This document shows, one piece after another, positions 46,399 through 56,214 of a stretch of 64,000 bases of DNA. This DNA comes from Bacteroidota bacterium (GTDB lineage Bacteria; Bacteroidota; Bacteroidia; Chitinophagales; Saprospiraceae). The position numbers and the translations under genes are program-made. Location of the stretch: the NCBI GenBank assembly GCA_039176995.1, contig JBCDFY010000005.1:7696-71695 (forward strand), read 5' to 3'. The notes beneath the pieces are model-generated. The model saw only the letters and a program-made list of their open reading frames with translations, was not told where the DNA came from and searched no databases. The stretch's first letter is position 1. Every line of letters begins with the position of its first letter.

Positions 46399-47106
46399 TT
46401 AGAAATATTGTTTTAGAAGATTTTTTCCATTCCAAGTTCCCCCAGTTCGATAGGGCAAAAACCGTGTGAACATTTCCTCCTTGTACCATCCCAACTCCCT
46501 AGTCTTCTGCACTACCTCCTTATGATAAGCACTCTGATAAGCATACGCCATCATCAATTCGCTGCTTTCCCAAAGGCTAAAAGTCGCTTGCTGAACGATC
46601 GGCAACTCTCCTACCCCAATGGAAAAAATCAGCCCTTTTTTATCGTGGATAGATTCACTTACAGAGGGCACAAATTTCCAGAAATGGCGAAGGTATTTGG
46701 GATAGATAGTAGCGCGGGTCAGTACGCCGACTAGCGCTTTTTTATCATACTCCACGGTTTCTTGAAAAGGACAACTGCCACTCCATTCGCCGTGTACTTT
46801 GCTGGTTTTGAGATAGATAGTCCAATGCTCTTCGCTATGGTCTAAAAAATCCTGGAAAGCGGGATGTATTTGAAAGAATTGCTCGGCATCTGCTGACGTC
46901 GCCCAAACTGCAATTAATCCGTAAACATTCCAGTTGGGATAAATTCCAAATCCACGATCACCACCACTACCTAGCATCCGATGAAAACCTAAGCCTTTTG
47001 TTCCTTTCAGTTTTCCGTACGCCCATTGCATTTGAGTGAAAGCCCACCATTTGTTGGCGAAGCCTTCGTATCTAAAGAAAGATATAGTGACGATTTCTTT
47101 TAACAT
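46399..47106 (-). CDS. Spheroidene monooxygenase (CrtA)-like protein
   Basis: From the ATG at 47106: MLKEIVTISFFRYEGFANKWWAFTQMQ...GVGELPIVQQATFSLW. This matches my recollection of the CrtA family layout. Needs an HMM check. Confidence 0.5.
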   Translation of the reverse strand: MLKEIVTISFFRYEGFANKWWAFTQMQWAYGKLKGTKGLGFHRMLGSGGDRGFGIYPNWNVYGLIAVWATSADAEQFFQIHPAFQDFLDHSEEHWTIYLKTSKVHGEWSGSCPFQETVEYDKKALVGVLTRATIYPKYLRHFWKFVPSVSESIHDKKGLIFSIGVGELPIVQQATFSLWESSELMMAYAYQSAYHKEVVQKTRELGWYKEEMFTRFLPYRTGGTWNGKNLLKQYF

Positions 47107-47132
47107 TGTTATTTTTTCTTTGAGCAGATAAA

Positions 47133-50100
47133 CTACGACGACTCTCTCTCCCATACCAACCACTTCAGAGAATCACTACGGCAACCTACCAGAAGCCAAT
47201 CCTCTGCTGCGTTTTTCTTGATGGTTTGAATCGTTCGAGCGGCTTCGGGTACATAAAATCCACTTTTCCCTGCTGAAAGGTAATCAAAATGTCCACTACC
47301 ATCTCCTAGTAATGTAATTCCGTTAGCGGCATTGTACCAACCTGTCAAAATTTCTGTACTTTTAAAGTTGCCAACGCCTAAAATATCCAGATGTCCGTCT
47401 TGATTGATGTCTTTGATTAACCAATCAAAAACAGGAGCTGCTTGAGTAGCATACGGCAATTCCTGCATATCGAATTGACGATTTCCTTTGTTTTCAACAT
47501 AGACCGAAGCTAACTGGTGTACATGAGAGACAGTTGCACTTCCTTTCCCACTGGCTTCTAATAAAATCTTCGCTTCTGTTGACCCATAAGATTTAAAATC
47601 TGGAAAGAGATTTTTCAAACTGGGGAGTTGTTTGGAGAGCGTTTCTCTAGGATGAAACACATAAGACTTTCCTTGGTTGTAATAAGTTATAATCGCTTCT
47701 ACTTGTCCATTTTCATCATAATCCTTAGCGTAGATAGAAAGCGGCTGTGCTGGACTGGCTTTGAATGGATTATTCAATCCCCAATTACCAACGACTAAAT
47801 CCTGATCACCATCTTTATCCATGTCGGCACTTGCTATGCAGTTCCACCAACCACTGGATTGCGCTAAAGGAGTAGCTTTTGAGAAGCTCCCCTCCTCATT
47901 ATGCAACATTTGAATGGGCATCCATTCTCCCACCAGTACTAAGTCTTCCCAACCATCTTTATCTAGATCAACGGCAAGTGCGTCCGTCACCATCCCGATA
48001 TGTTGTAGGATTTCTGGTGTAGCATCAACGAAGCGATTTCCTTCATTTTTCAATAGAAAAGAACGCGGTGAAATGGGATAATTGAGGGCATCTATTCTTC
48101 CCCCTACAAACAGGTCCAAATCTCCATCTCGGTCGTAATCTATTGGTATTGCACAACTGCCTGCTGATCGTATGAGCGGTAAGTAATCAGGTCGTTCTAC
48201 CAATTCCCCTGCTCCCATATTTTCAAAATAGGCATCTTGGTAACGCTCCGTTTGTGCATAGTATTCCGAACTTCCACGCACGCAATATAAATCTTCGTCT
48301 CCATCTGCATCCGCATCGAAAAATATGGCAGCTACGTCTTCAAAGATTGGATTACCATTGATTTTTAAATCTTGCTTTGTAAAGTTACCATCATTGGTTT
48401 GTAAAAAGATTTGAGGATTTTGTTGACTCGTTCCACCTATGAAAAGGTCTGTTTTTCCATCTGAATTTACGTCTGTAGTCGCTATGATAGTACCCGTTTG
48501 GCTGTAAGAACGAACGTGTAGCGGCCACTTTTTAAAATCATCAAAAGGACGTTCTTGGGGAAGGTGAATAACAGGAATGTATTTTGCTGATTGGATAGGA
48601 GTAGGTGTTGAAGTAGCGTTTGTTGTTTTCCAAACATCGTTTGCCATTTTAGGATGGATGGACAGGATTTGATTGCTGGATACTGTTGTTTTTTTATAAA
48701 CTTGATTATTTGGGAAAATTATTTTTATGGAATCAATGACCTCCAAACTATCCAAACCAAAGTGTAAGCTAGGATCAACAGAAGACAAATAAGCCCGTTG
48801 AGGATAAAAAGTAGCATATTGAGTTCCTATTGGGCTGTAAATATAGACTTTACTGCCGTAGCCAGTAGCGTCGTTCGGCAACTTGATATGGATGTAGTTT
48901 TTTTGACTCTTATTTTCAAATAAAAAGGCAGTTTCGTTCAAATTATTGGTCACTATATCCAAATCTCCATCTACATCTAAGTCTACATACACCGCTCCGT
49001 TGGAATAAGAAGGATAACCCAAGCCTGCTACCTCTGTCCTATCCTCGAAGTGTAAATCACCCATGTTCTGGAAGAAACGATTGGTCTTTTTGATGCCTTC
49101 CATTTTATTGAGTTGGTCAATTAGCTTTGCTCTTTTTTCTTCTACTGTTCCAAAAACATTAAATCCGCCGCTATAATTGATAAAATCTAAATCCGTTACA
49201 TCTTTTTTGTAACCATTTGTAATGTAAGCATCGCGTAGTCCATCATTATCAAAATCTGCTAAAAGTGGAGACCAACTCCAATCCGTAGCTGCCAACCCTG
49301 AAAAATAAGCCCAGTCGCTGAAACGAATGTCTTTTCCATTGTTCACTTGTAATACGTTGCGAATAAATTGAGGTTGGTAACCCCTCTCCAAAGATTTCCT
49401 AAAGCGTTCAAACGGAATTTCAGCGAACATGGTTTTATGCCGCAAATTATCTTCAGGAAGCATATCCAACACCAACAAATCTTCTAGTGCATCATTGTTG
49501 ATGTCAGCGGCGGTGATGCCCATGCTGTTATGGCTTTGGTGCTTAAAATATGCCTCTATTTCATTTTGAAATGTTCCGTCTTTTTGATTGATGTAGAGCA
49601 AGTCATTGGAAAGAAAATCGTTGGCGATGTAGAGATCGGGATAAGTATCTTGATTGACGTCTAGCACCACCACCCCGAGACTCCACCCTTCGGTTTGGAT
49701 ATTGGCCTCTTCGCTAACGTTTGAAAACTGTGGCAATCCATCAGTATTTACGCCATCGTTTCGATAGAGTCGATCTGTACTTTTTCCACTCCCATCCTTG
49801 CGTTGTCCAATCGGACTATTTCGAGGGTAGCTTTCCATCGAATTGTTGATTAAAAGTAAGTCTAAATCTTTATCATAATCCAAAAAAGCAGCCTGCATAC
49901 TGTAGGAGTCATCAAAAAGCCCCATTTCTGCTGCCAGATTTTCAAAGCGTACTTCTCCTGTTTTAGTTGTTCGATTGATGAAAAAATAATTGGTGGCTTC
50001 TTGTAGTTCGTTATCGTGAGCAGTGGCAACATGAATATCATCTAAACCATCTTGATTAATATCCACCACTGCAACTCCCGTACACCACGCATTGGTCATT

Positions 50101-50447
50101 ACACCAGCTTGCTCTGTTACATCCTCAAATTGAAAGTTGCCTTTATTCAGATACAATTTGCTACTCACCATATTACCCGCAAAAAAGAGATCAGGTAATC
50201 CGTCAGCATTGAAATCGCCTACACCTAGTCCACCGCCATTGTAAAGATATTCGTAATCTAACACATTGAAGTTATCACTTTCTGTAATCAAATTGACAAA
50301 ATCAATATTAGCGTATTGGCTGTCTATTAGGTGGAAAAGTGTATCTTTTTTTTTAGTTTGACAAGAAGGCAATAGAAAGAAGGAAAGCATCAAAATGAAA
50401 GATGCTTTTGTTAGCGAGAAAAGTGTTTTTTGTCTGTTGCTTATCAT
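47133..50447 (-). CDS. VCBS/FG-GAP repeat protein with ASPIC/UnbV domain (CRTAC1-like), lipoprotein
   Basis: 1104 aa. Lipobox FFLLPSC. Many D-x-D/N-x-DG-x-x-D(I/L) FG-GAP/VCBS repeats. Sits next to the SusC/D pair. Confidence 0.8.
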   Translation of the reverse strand: MISNRQKTLFSLTKASFILMLSFFLLPSCQTKKKDTLFHLIDSQYANIDFVNLITESDNFNVLDYEYLYNGGGLGVGDFNADGLPDLFFAGNMVSSKLYLNKGNFQFEDVTEQAGVMTNAWCTGVAVVDINQDGLDDIHVATAHDNELQEATNYFFINRTTKTGEVRFENLAAEMGLFDDSYSMQAAFLDYDKDLDLLLINNSMESYPRNSPIGQRKDGSGKSTDRLYRNDGVNTDGLPQFSNVSEEANIQTEGWSLGVVVLDVNQDTYPDLYIANDFLSNDLLYINQKDGTFQNEIEAYFKHQSHNSMGITAADINNDALEDLLVLDMLPEDNLRHKTMFAEIPFERFRKSLERGYQPQFIRNVLQVNNGKDIRFSDWAYFSGLAATDWSWSPLLADFDNDGLRDAYITNGYKKDVTDLDFINYSGGFNVFGTVEEKRAKLIDQLNKMEGIKKTNRFFQNMGDLHFEDRTEVAGLGYPSYSNGAVYVDLDVDGDLDIVTNNLNETAFLFENKSQKNYIHIKLPNDATGYGSKVYIYSPIGTQYATFYPQRAYLSSVDPSLHFGLDSLEVIDSIKIIFPNNQVYKKTTVSSNQILSIHPKMANDVWKTTNATSTPTPIQSAKYIPVIHLPQERPFDDFKKWPLHVRSYSQTGTIIATTDVNSDGKTDLFIGGTSQQNPQIFLQTNDGNFTKQDLKINGNPIFEDVAAIFFDADADGDEDLYCVRGSSEYYAQTERYQDAYFENMGAGELVERPDYLPLIRSAGSCAIPIDYDRDGDLDLFVGGRIDALNYPISPRSFLLKNEGNRFVDATPEILQHIGMVTDALAVDLDKDGWEDLVLVGEWMPIQMLHNEEGSFSKATPLAQSSGWWNCIASADMDKDGDQDLVVGNWGLNNPFKASPAQPLSIYAKDYDENGQVEAIITYYNQGKSYVFHPRETLSKQLPSLKNLFPDFKSYGSTEAKILLEASGKGSATVSHVHQLASVYVENKGNRQFDMQELPYATQAAPVFDWLIKDINQDGHLDILGVGNFKSTEILTGWYNAANGITLLGDGSGHFDYLSAGKSGFYVPEAARTIQTIKKNAAEDWLLVGCRSDSLKWLVWERESS

Positions 50448-50551
50448 GCTGTTTTGCTTTAATAACTAGCCGTGTATGAAGTATTAGGACTACAAGTTTT
50501 GTGATAAAACCTGAATTTTGGAACTATTAACTCACTAAGAATACTAGATTT

Positions 50552-50781
50552 TAAGTACTCGGACATAGATAAATGGCATTTTTGACCGAGCAGATTTTTG
50601 TATTTAGACAAGGCATTTTTTCTAGGAATAACGAGTTATTGTTGGAAAAAATAACATTCATGTAGTGATGCCTGCAAAAAAGATTAAGTATCTTTTTAAC
50701 GAAATGAACCGCTAGCGGATGGGATGCTAAACCGAAAAGATGCCGTCATAAAATATTACTTTAATTGTGTCCGAGTACTTA
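50552..50781. repeat. 230-bp element bounded by 14-bp perfect inverted repeats (MITE-like)
   Basis: TAAGTACTCGGACA at 50552-50565 and TGTCCGAGTACTTA at 50768-50781. Non-coding interior. Lies between the susD-like and ASPIC genes. Confidence 0.5.
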
Positions 50782-50853
50782 TGCCTTGATAGCTAGATTT
50801 TGCTTACTTAATACCTTATATTTGGTATCTCGTACAACCCCATTTAATAACCC

Positions 50854-50889
50854 AAAAAAATTGCCTCCATAGTGACACTATCGAGGCAA
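50854..50889 (-). terminator. Rho-independent terminator of the susD-like gene
   Basis: Minus strand reads TTGCCTCGATAGTGTCACTATGGAGGCAA (13/14-bp stem) followed by TTTTTTT. Confidence 0.75.
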
Positions 50890-50914
50890 TTCTTCTTTAT
50901 CCATTTCCTATTGA

Positions 50915-52447
50915 TTAATAACCTGGATTCTGATCTCCATCACTGATGTTTGGATTGTTGTCAATTTCACCTTGTGGAATGGGCAACAATTCGTATTTAT
51001 TTGGCACAAAGTAAGCTAGTGGCTCTTTATCCAGCTTTCCTGCTTTTCTCCAACGAATAAGGTCAATATTACGGATTTGCTCAGAGCAATGTTCTACTCG
51101 CTTTTCGTGGATAATAGCATTCATGACAGCAGCATCGCTATCTACTGGATAATTAGCCGTCGGATAAGAAGGCATATCTACACTTGGACGTGCGCGTACC
51201 TGATTCAATAATGCAATGGCTGCATCAGCATCCCCCGTTTCTAATTCCGCTTCTGCTAAGTTAATCAATACTTCTGCATAGCGAAGAATACGATGATTGA
51301 TACCTGTAATTCGATATCCTCCTGGATCTAGTTTATACATGATGGAATATTTGCGCCAGCTGACTTTTTGCTCCTCTCCATCGACTATAACTGCATTTCC
51401 ACGTTGTGCTTCTGCTGTTAGCGTGCTCGCGCCATCGGCAAAAGTATCGCCTGTGAAGTAAAAACATTTGTCCAGTCTTGGATCACGCTTTTCGGCTCCG
51501 TTTTCAATACGTTCATATTCTTCCAATAGTGAAGGAGAAGGAATTAAGTTTCTCCAGCCAATAGCAGAATATTCCTGTGAGCGCACACTTCCCTCATTCC
51601 CTAAATTATCTCCTGTTGGATTCCAGTTAAATTGTCCAATATCTGCATATCCAACCTCAAAGATGGATTCGCTATTGTATTCGTTTTCTTCTTGAAAATT
51701 GTCATCATACTCCTCTACCAAGCTATATTGACCTGAATTCACCACGGCCTCCAAAGCAGATTTAGCGGCGCTGTAATCTTCTCTGAATAGATGCAAACGA
51801 CCCAACATCGCATTAGCTGCTCCCCTAGTAAATCGTCCTTGATCTGTTTCAGATTGTTCAGGCAAACTATTTGCAGCAGCTTGCAAATCGGAAGCGGCTT
51901 GTGCTAAAGTCTCTTCTTGAGTCGAACGTGGTTTTGTATCATCGAAGGTTGTTGCAAACTCTGTAAAAATAGGAACTCCTCCCCAAAGTGTACCCAATTG
52001 ATAATAAGCAAATCCACGTGCAAATAAAGCCTCACCCACAATCGCATCGCGTACAGTGTCTTCTATATCTTCTGCGTTGGGTGCATTATTGATAACAATA
52101 TTGGAGCGCAAAACTACTCTGTATAATCCAGACCAGACATTTCCCATAACTGAGTTTGCTGGATCGTGTGTTCCAATTAATAACTGATTTCTAGCAGTTT
52201 CTAATTGTCCCCCACCAGAAACATTGTCATCACTACGCAAATCGTGCAAAAACCACATCTCACGAGAATATAATTGAGTGGACTGAAGGGTTGCATAAAC
52301 CGAATTAACCCCTTCTCGCAATTCTGCTTCATTTTTATAAAAAGTCTCTGGAACAAGCTGATTAGGATTTAGCTTATTCAAATCTTCTTCTGCGCAAGAG
52401 ATCGCAAAAAAGAGGGCGACCATTATGCAAACGATTATTTTTTTCAT
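50915..52447 (-). CDS. SusD/RagB family nutrient-binding lipoprotein
   Basis: 510 aa. Lipobox FFAISC. TPR-like SusD pattern (RAEAELE-like LAEAELETGD, IHEKRVE). Immediately downstream of the SusC gene. Confidence 0.9.
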   Translation of the reverse strand: MKKIIVCIMVALFFAISCAEEDLNKLNPNQLVPETFYKNEAELREGVNSVYATLQSTQLYSREMWFLHDLRSDDNVSGGGQLETARNQLLIGTHDPANSVMGNVWSGLYRVVLRSNIVINNAPNAEDIEDTVRDAIVGEALFARGFAYYQLGTLWGGVPIFTEFATTFDDTKPRSTQEETLAQAASDLQAAANSLPEQSETDQGRFTRGAANAMLGRLHLFREDYSAAKSALEAVVNSGQYSLVEEYDDNFQEENEYNSESIFEVGYADIGQFNWNPTGDNLGNEGSVRSQEYSAIGWRNLIPSPSLLEEYERIENGAEKRDPRLDKCFYFTGDTFADGASTLTAEAQRGNAVIVDGEEQKVSWRKYSIMYKLDPGGYRITGINHRILRYAEVLINLAEAELETGDADAAIALLNQVRARPSVDMPSYPTANYPVDSDAAVMNAIIHEKRVEHCSEQIRNIDLIRWRKAGKLDKEPLAYFVPNKYELLPIPQGEIDNNPNISDGDQNPGY

Positions 52448-52576
52448 GTTATTAAAATTGAATACTTACAAAAAATTGTAGCGGGTCAAATCTATTAAAG
52501 CAATCTGCTAAATTCAGTATATTTACCTAACACCATCCATAGCTTTGACCGACCACTTGATTACTACAGCTACTGT

Positions 52577-55500
52577 TTAGAATCCTACCTGAATCCCTAA
52601 AAGAACAGTTCTAGCACGCGGATACTGACCATAGTCTATACCTACTGTCCTCAAATTATTATTTCGAGAACCTATTTCAGGATCATATCCCGAGTAGTTG
52701 GTAAAGGTTAGTAGGTTTGCACCAGAAATGTAGATATTTAAATTGCGAACGAAGCCAGACTTTTGTAAAACATCACTAGGCACGCGATAGCCGATTCGCA
52801 AAGATTGAAGGCGTAAGAAAGAGCCATCTTCAATAAAGCGATCCGAAGTGCGGGTGTTCTGATTTGGGTCTCCATTCACCATTCTTGGAATTTCCGTATT
52901 GGTGTTTTGCGGTGTCCAAGCATCCAAAACAGCTGTTCCTGCATTGAATAAACGCAGTCCTCCTTCAGTCAATACCTTAGTAGCATTGTAGATATCATTA
53001 CCTTGCACACCATTCCAAAACATCTGCATATAAACATTTTTATACTCGGCGTTGATATTGAATCCATAAGTGAAATCAGGAATAAAACTTCCAATAACCG
53101 TACGGTCATCCGCAGTAATTGTGCCATCGCCATCCAGGTCTCTGAAAATTAAATCTCCTGGAGCAGCTTGTGCTTGATAAGGAACAGAAGCGTCTCCACG
53201 TGCATTGTATTCGTCTATTTCAGCTTGGCTTTGGAAAATACCTTCTACCTCCCATCCGTAGAAAGATTGAATGGGATCGCCAACGGCTGTTCGAGTGACA
53301 TCAAATCCACCGAAGTCTCCAACACTACCACCAAAAAGCGCCGCATTTTCTGTTGCCAAAGAAGTCACTTCATTTCTGTAAATGGATAAATTTGCGGTAA
53401 CATCCCAGCTGAATGCTTTGGTTCTATCAGAGTAATAAGTGGCTTGAAAATCTAGTCCCCAATTTTCCATTCCGCCTACGTTGGCGATAGTAGATTGATT
53501 ATAACCTTGAGAAGGAGGCTGAGGAACTGCTAAAATCAAATTATCAGTCACTCTATTGTACCAATCAGCAGAAAACTGAACGCGATCATTCAGTAAACCC
53601 AAATCCAATCCTATGTTAATCATAGTAGTGACCTCCCACTCCAGTTCTTGGTTGGGAAGTTTATCGAAAAAAGCACCTTGTATAGCGTTACCACCAAAAA
53701 TAGCTGCTGTATTATTGACGATACCCGCTTGACTTTCATAATCTCCAATACCTTCGAAGCCAATCTGTCCCCAACTACCCCTGACCTTTAATCGAGATAA
53801 ATTATTAACACTACTCATAAAAGGCTCCTCACTAATCATCCAGCCTAGAGACATTCCTGGGAAAGTTCCCCATTTTCTACCTTCTGCAAACTTAGAAGAA
53901 CCATCTCTACGAATAGAAGCACTCAATAGGTAACGTCCTAGGTAATCATAATTTAAGCGACCAGCAAAGGAATAAATTGTATTTTCACTCTCTCCACTAT
54001 TCACTTGAGGATTACTTGCTCCATTCAATACTGTTAAATCATTAGTAGCGCGCTGTCCGCTGCCATTCAAAAAATTAAATCTTGAATCTTGTCGTTCGGC
54101 AACTCCTAAGAGATCAATATTATGACTACCAGCAGATTTTCTGTAGTTTAATTGATTGGAAAAATAAGTTCCAATGAAGTTATTGCGGTTATCACTCAAC
54201 TCCAGAAAATCTCTACCTGAAAAACCATCGAAGTAGATAGGCAGAATGTTACGTCCACGATTGTAGCTCCAATCCAAGCCAGAGGTAAATTTATACTCCA
54301 ATCCCTTAATAATTTCAATACCTGCATAGGCAGTTCCAAAAATACGTGCATTGCGATCGAAGTTACGATCGAGCAATGCAACTCGAACTGGATTTTCTGG
54401 ATCAGAACCATCCGAATTATCTGGTGCACGATAGCCTCCCTGTAAGGTTGGGTCTTCAATAGGAATATATGGAATCCCTCGAATGATATGTTGCAGTTGG
54501 GTACGTCCACCACCTTGCTGCTCATTTTCTCTAGCTCCACCTACTACTGTAAGCGTCTGCCCAATAGTAATTCGCTTCCCAATATTGTAATCAGAATTGA
54601 GACGTAGATTCAATCGTTCGTAATCCGTTCCTAACATGATTCCCTCTTGCTGGAAATAACCAAACGAGCTGTAAAATCTAGCGTTTTCATTTCCTCCATT
54701 TAGGCTCAAACTGTGGTTCGTATTTAGACCTGTACGAAACATCTCTTCTTGATAATCTATGTCTGTCTGATTATAGGTTTGAGAAGTGCCTTCATAGATA
54801 GGCTGATCCAGCTGAGACCAACGATCTGGGTAAGTGTCTCCTGCGTTATCTAGCAGCGTACGTCCGTATTGAAGATACTGCTCACGATTCAGTAAATCTA
54901 AGCGATTCCACTCTTCTGCCGCACCGATGTAGCCTTGATAATTGACGCGCAATCCATCACCAACTTTTCCTTTTTTGGTGGTGACTAATACGACACCATT
55001 TGCAGCACGCGAACCATAGATTGCTGCCGCACTAGCATCTTTCAGTACTGAAATGGACTCAATGTCATTGTTGTCAAAATCATTCAAGCCACCAACTGGA
55101 TATCCATCCACTACATACAATGGATTGGAGGCGAAACTAATGGACCCAATACCTCGAATACGGACAATAGGTGCTGTTCCTGGACCACCATTGTTAATGA
55201 CTTGTACTCCAGGTAGTCGTCCTTGAAAGGCTTCTGTTAAGTTTGGAACAGGAAGTGCAGTGAGTTCTTCATTGCTAATGGAAGCTACGGAACCCGTTAC
55301 TGCTCCTTTGCGTTGCTGCCCATAACCAATCACTACAACTTCGGATAAAACTTCTGTATCTTCCTCGATTTGTATTGAGATGCTTGTCCGACCTGCTAAA
55401 TCTATCTCCGTTGTGACATATCCTGTGTAGGAAATGACCAAAATGCGCTCTCCTTCTGGAACGTTGATCGAAAAATTTCCTTCTGCATCTGTCACCGTCC

Positions 55501-56041
55501 CGATAGTCGTTCCTTTAACAAAAACACTAGCTCCGATCAGTGGAATGCCTTCTTCGTCTGAAACATTACCTGTGACAATTGCATAGACTGCAAGTTTTTC
55601 GGCAGACTGAAATATATTCATTAGATGTGCTTGCTTATCCGTGCTACTTCGCTGCACAGATACGTTGCTATTTTTTTCTAATTTTTCAATCTGTTTAAAT
55701 TTCCGAGTGATTTTTTTTACAGTGCGACGTTCTGCTTTGTTGTCTTTGTAAACGACGTAATATTTGCCGTCTAGGTTTCTGTATTTCAAACCCGTATTTT
55801 TCAAGGCTCGATTGACAGCAGATTCGAGTTGTTCATAATCCCTAAACTCGAAATTTACTTTGATGGTAGATAAAAGTTCAGAATCGTAACTAAAGAACAC
55901 TTGATACTTTTCACTGAGTTGATCTAAAACCTCAGGTAAAGTTTGTTCTTTTGATGTAAGGTGGGAATTAGCAAGTAAGGAATTACTCAAAGGGACGAGC
56001 AATATCATTACCACTAAAGCCAATTGTTTAGCAAGTTTCAT
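52577..56041 (-). CDS. SusC/RagA TonB-dependent receptor with N-terminal STN (anti-sigma signalling) domain
   Basis: 1154 aa. STN-like N-terminus, CarboxypepD_reg domain (GNVSDEEGIPLIGASVFVKGTTIGTVTDAEGNFSI), plug domain, and a barrel ending in LGIQVGF. Confidence 0.92.
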   Translation of the reverse strand: MKLAKQLALVVMILLVPLSNSLLANSHLTSKEQTLPEVLDQLSEKYQVFFSYDSELLSTIKVNFEFRDYEQLESAVNRALKNTGLKYRNLDGKYYVVYKDNKAERRTVKKITRKFKQIEKLEKNSNVSVQRSSTDKQAHLMNIFQSAEKLAVYAIVTGNVSDEEGIPLIGASVFVKGTTIGTVTDAEGNFSINVPEGERILVISYTGYVTTEIDLAGRTSISIQIEEDTEVLSEVVVIGYGQQRKGAVTGSVASISNEELTALPVPNLTEAFQGRLPGVQVINNGGPGTAPIVRIRGIGSISFASNPLYVVDGYPVGGLNDFDNNDIESISVLKDASAAAIYGSRAANGVVLVTTKKGKVGDGLRVNYQGYIGAAEEWNRLDLLNREQYLQYGRTLLDNAGDTYPDRWSQLDQPIYEGTSQTYNQTDIDYQEEMFRTGLNTNHSLSLNGGNENARFYSSFGYFQQEGIMLGTDYERLNLRLNSDYNIGKRITIGQTLTVVGGARENEQQGGGRTQLQHIIRGIPYIPIEDPTLQGGYRAPDNSDGSDPENPVRVALLDRNFDRNARIFGTAYAGIEIIKGLEYKFTSGLDWSYNRGRNILPIYFDGFSGRDFLELSDNRNNFIGTYFSNQLNYRKSAGSHNIDLLGVAERQDSRFNFLNGSGQRATNDLTVLNGASNPQVNSGESENTIYSFAGRLNYDYLGRYLLSASIRRDGSSKFAEGRKWGTFPGMSLGWMISEEPFMSSVNNLSRLKVRGSWGQIGFEGIGDYESQAGIVNNTAAIFGGNAIQGAFFDKLPNQELEWEVTTMINIGLDLGLLNDRVQFSADWYNRVTDNLILAVPQPPSQGYNQSTIANVGGMENWGLDFQATYYSDRTKAFSWDVTANLSIYRNEVTSLATENAALFGGSVGDFGGFDVTRTAVGDPIQSFYGWEVEGIFQSQAEIDEYNARGDASVPYQAQAAPGDLIFRDLDGDGTITADDRTVIGSFIPDFTYGFNINAEYKNVYMQMFWNGVQGNDIYNATKVLTEGGLRLFNAGTAVLDAWTPQNTNTEIPRMVNGDPNQNTRTSDRFIEDGSFLRLQSLRIGYRVPSDVLQKSGFVRNLNIYISGANLLTFTNYSGYDPEIGSRNNNLRTVGIDYGQYPRARTVLLGIQVGF

Positions 56042-56214
56042 AAAGTTTTGTTTTACGTAATATTATATGTTGTAGATTTTTCTGTCTATTTGCGCGAACT
56101 CAACCAAATTTTCCTAGACTCAAGGGTTTATAAGATTTTAGACATCGCATTCGATTGACCTTAGAGATTTTAGTTCAAAGAGTGTAGAAAGTCCGTTAAG
56201 AACAAAATCCTTTT

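Noticed and set aside
56181-56200. GAAAGTCCG, resembling the RNase P RNA CR-I motif (GAGGAAAGUCCGGGC)
   Set aside because: It is a 9-nt match only, within a 172-bp spacer. That is far too short for RNase P RNA, and the other conserved regions are absent.
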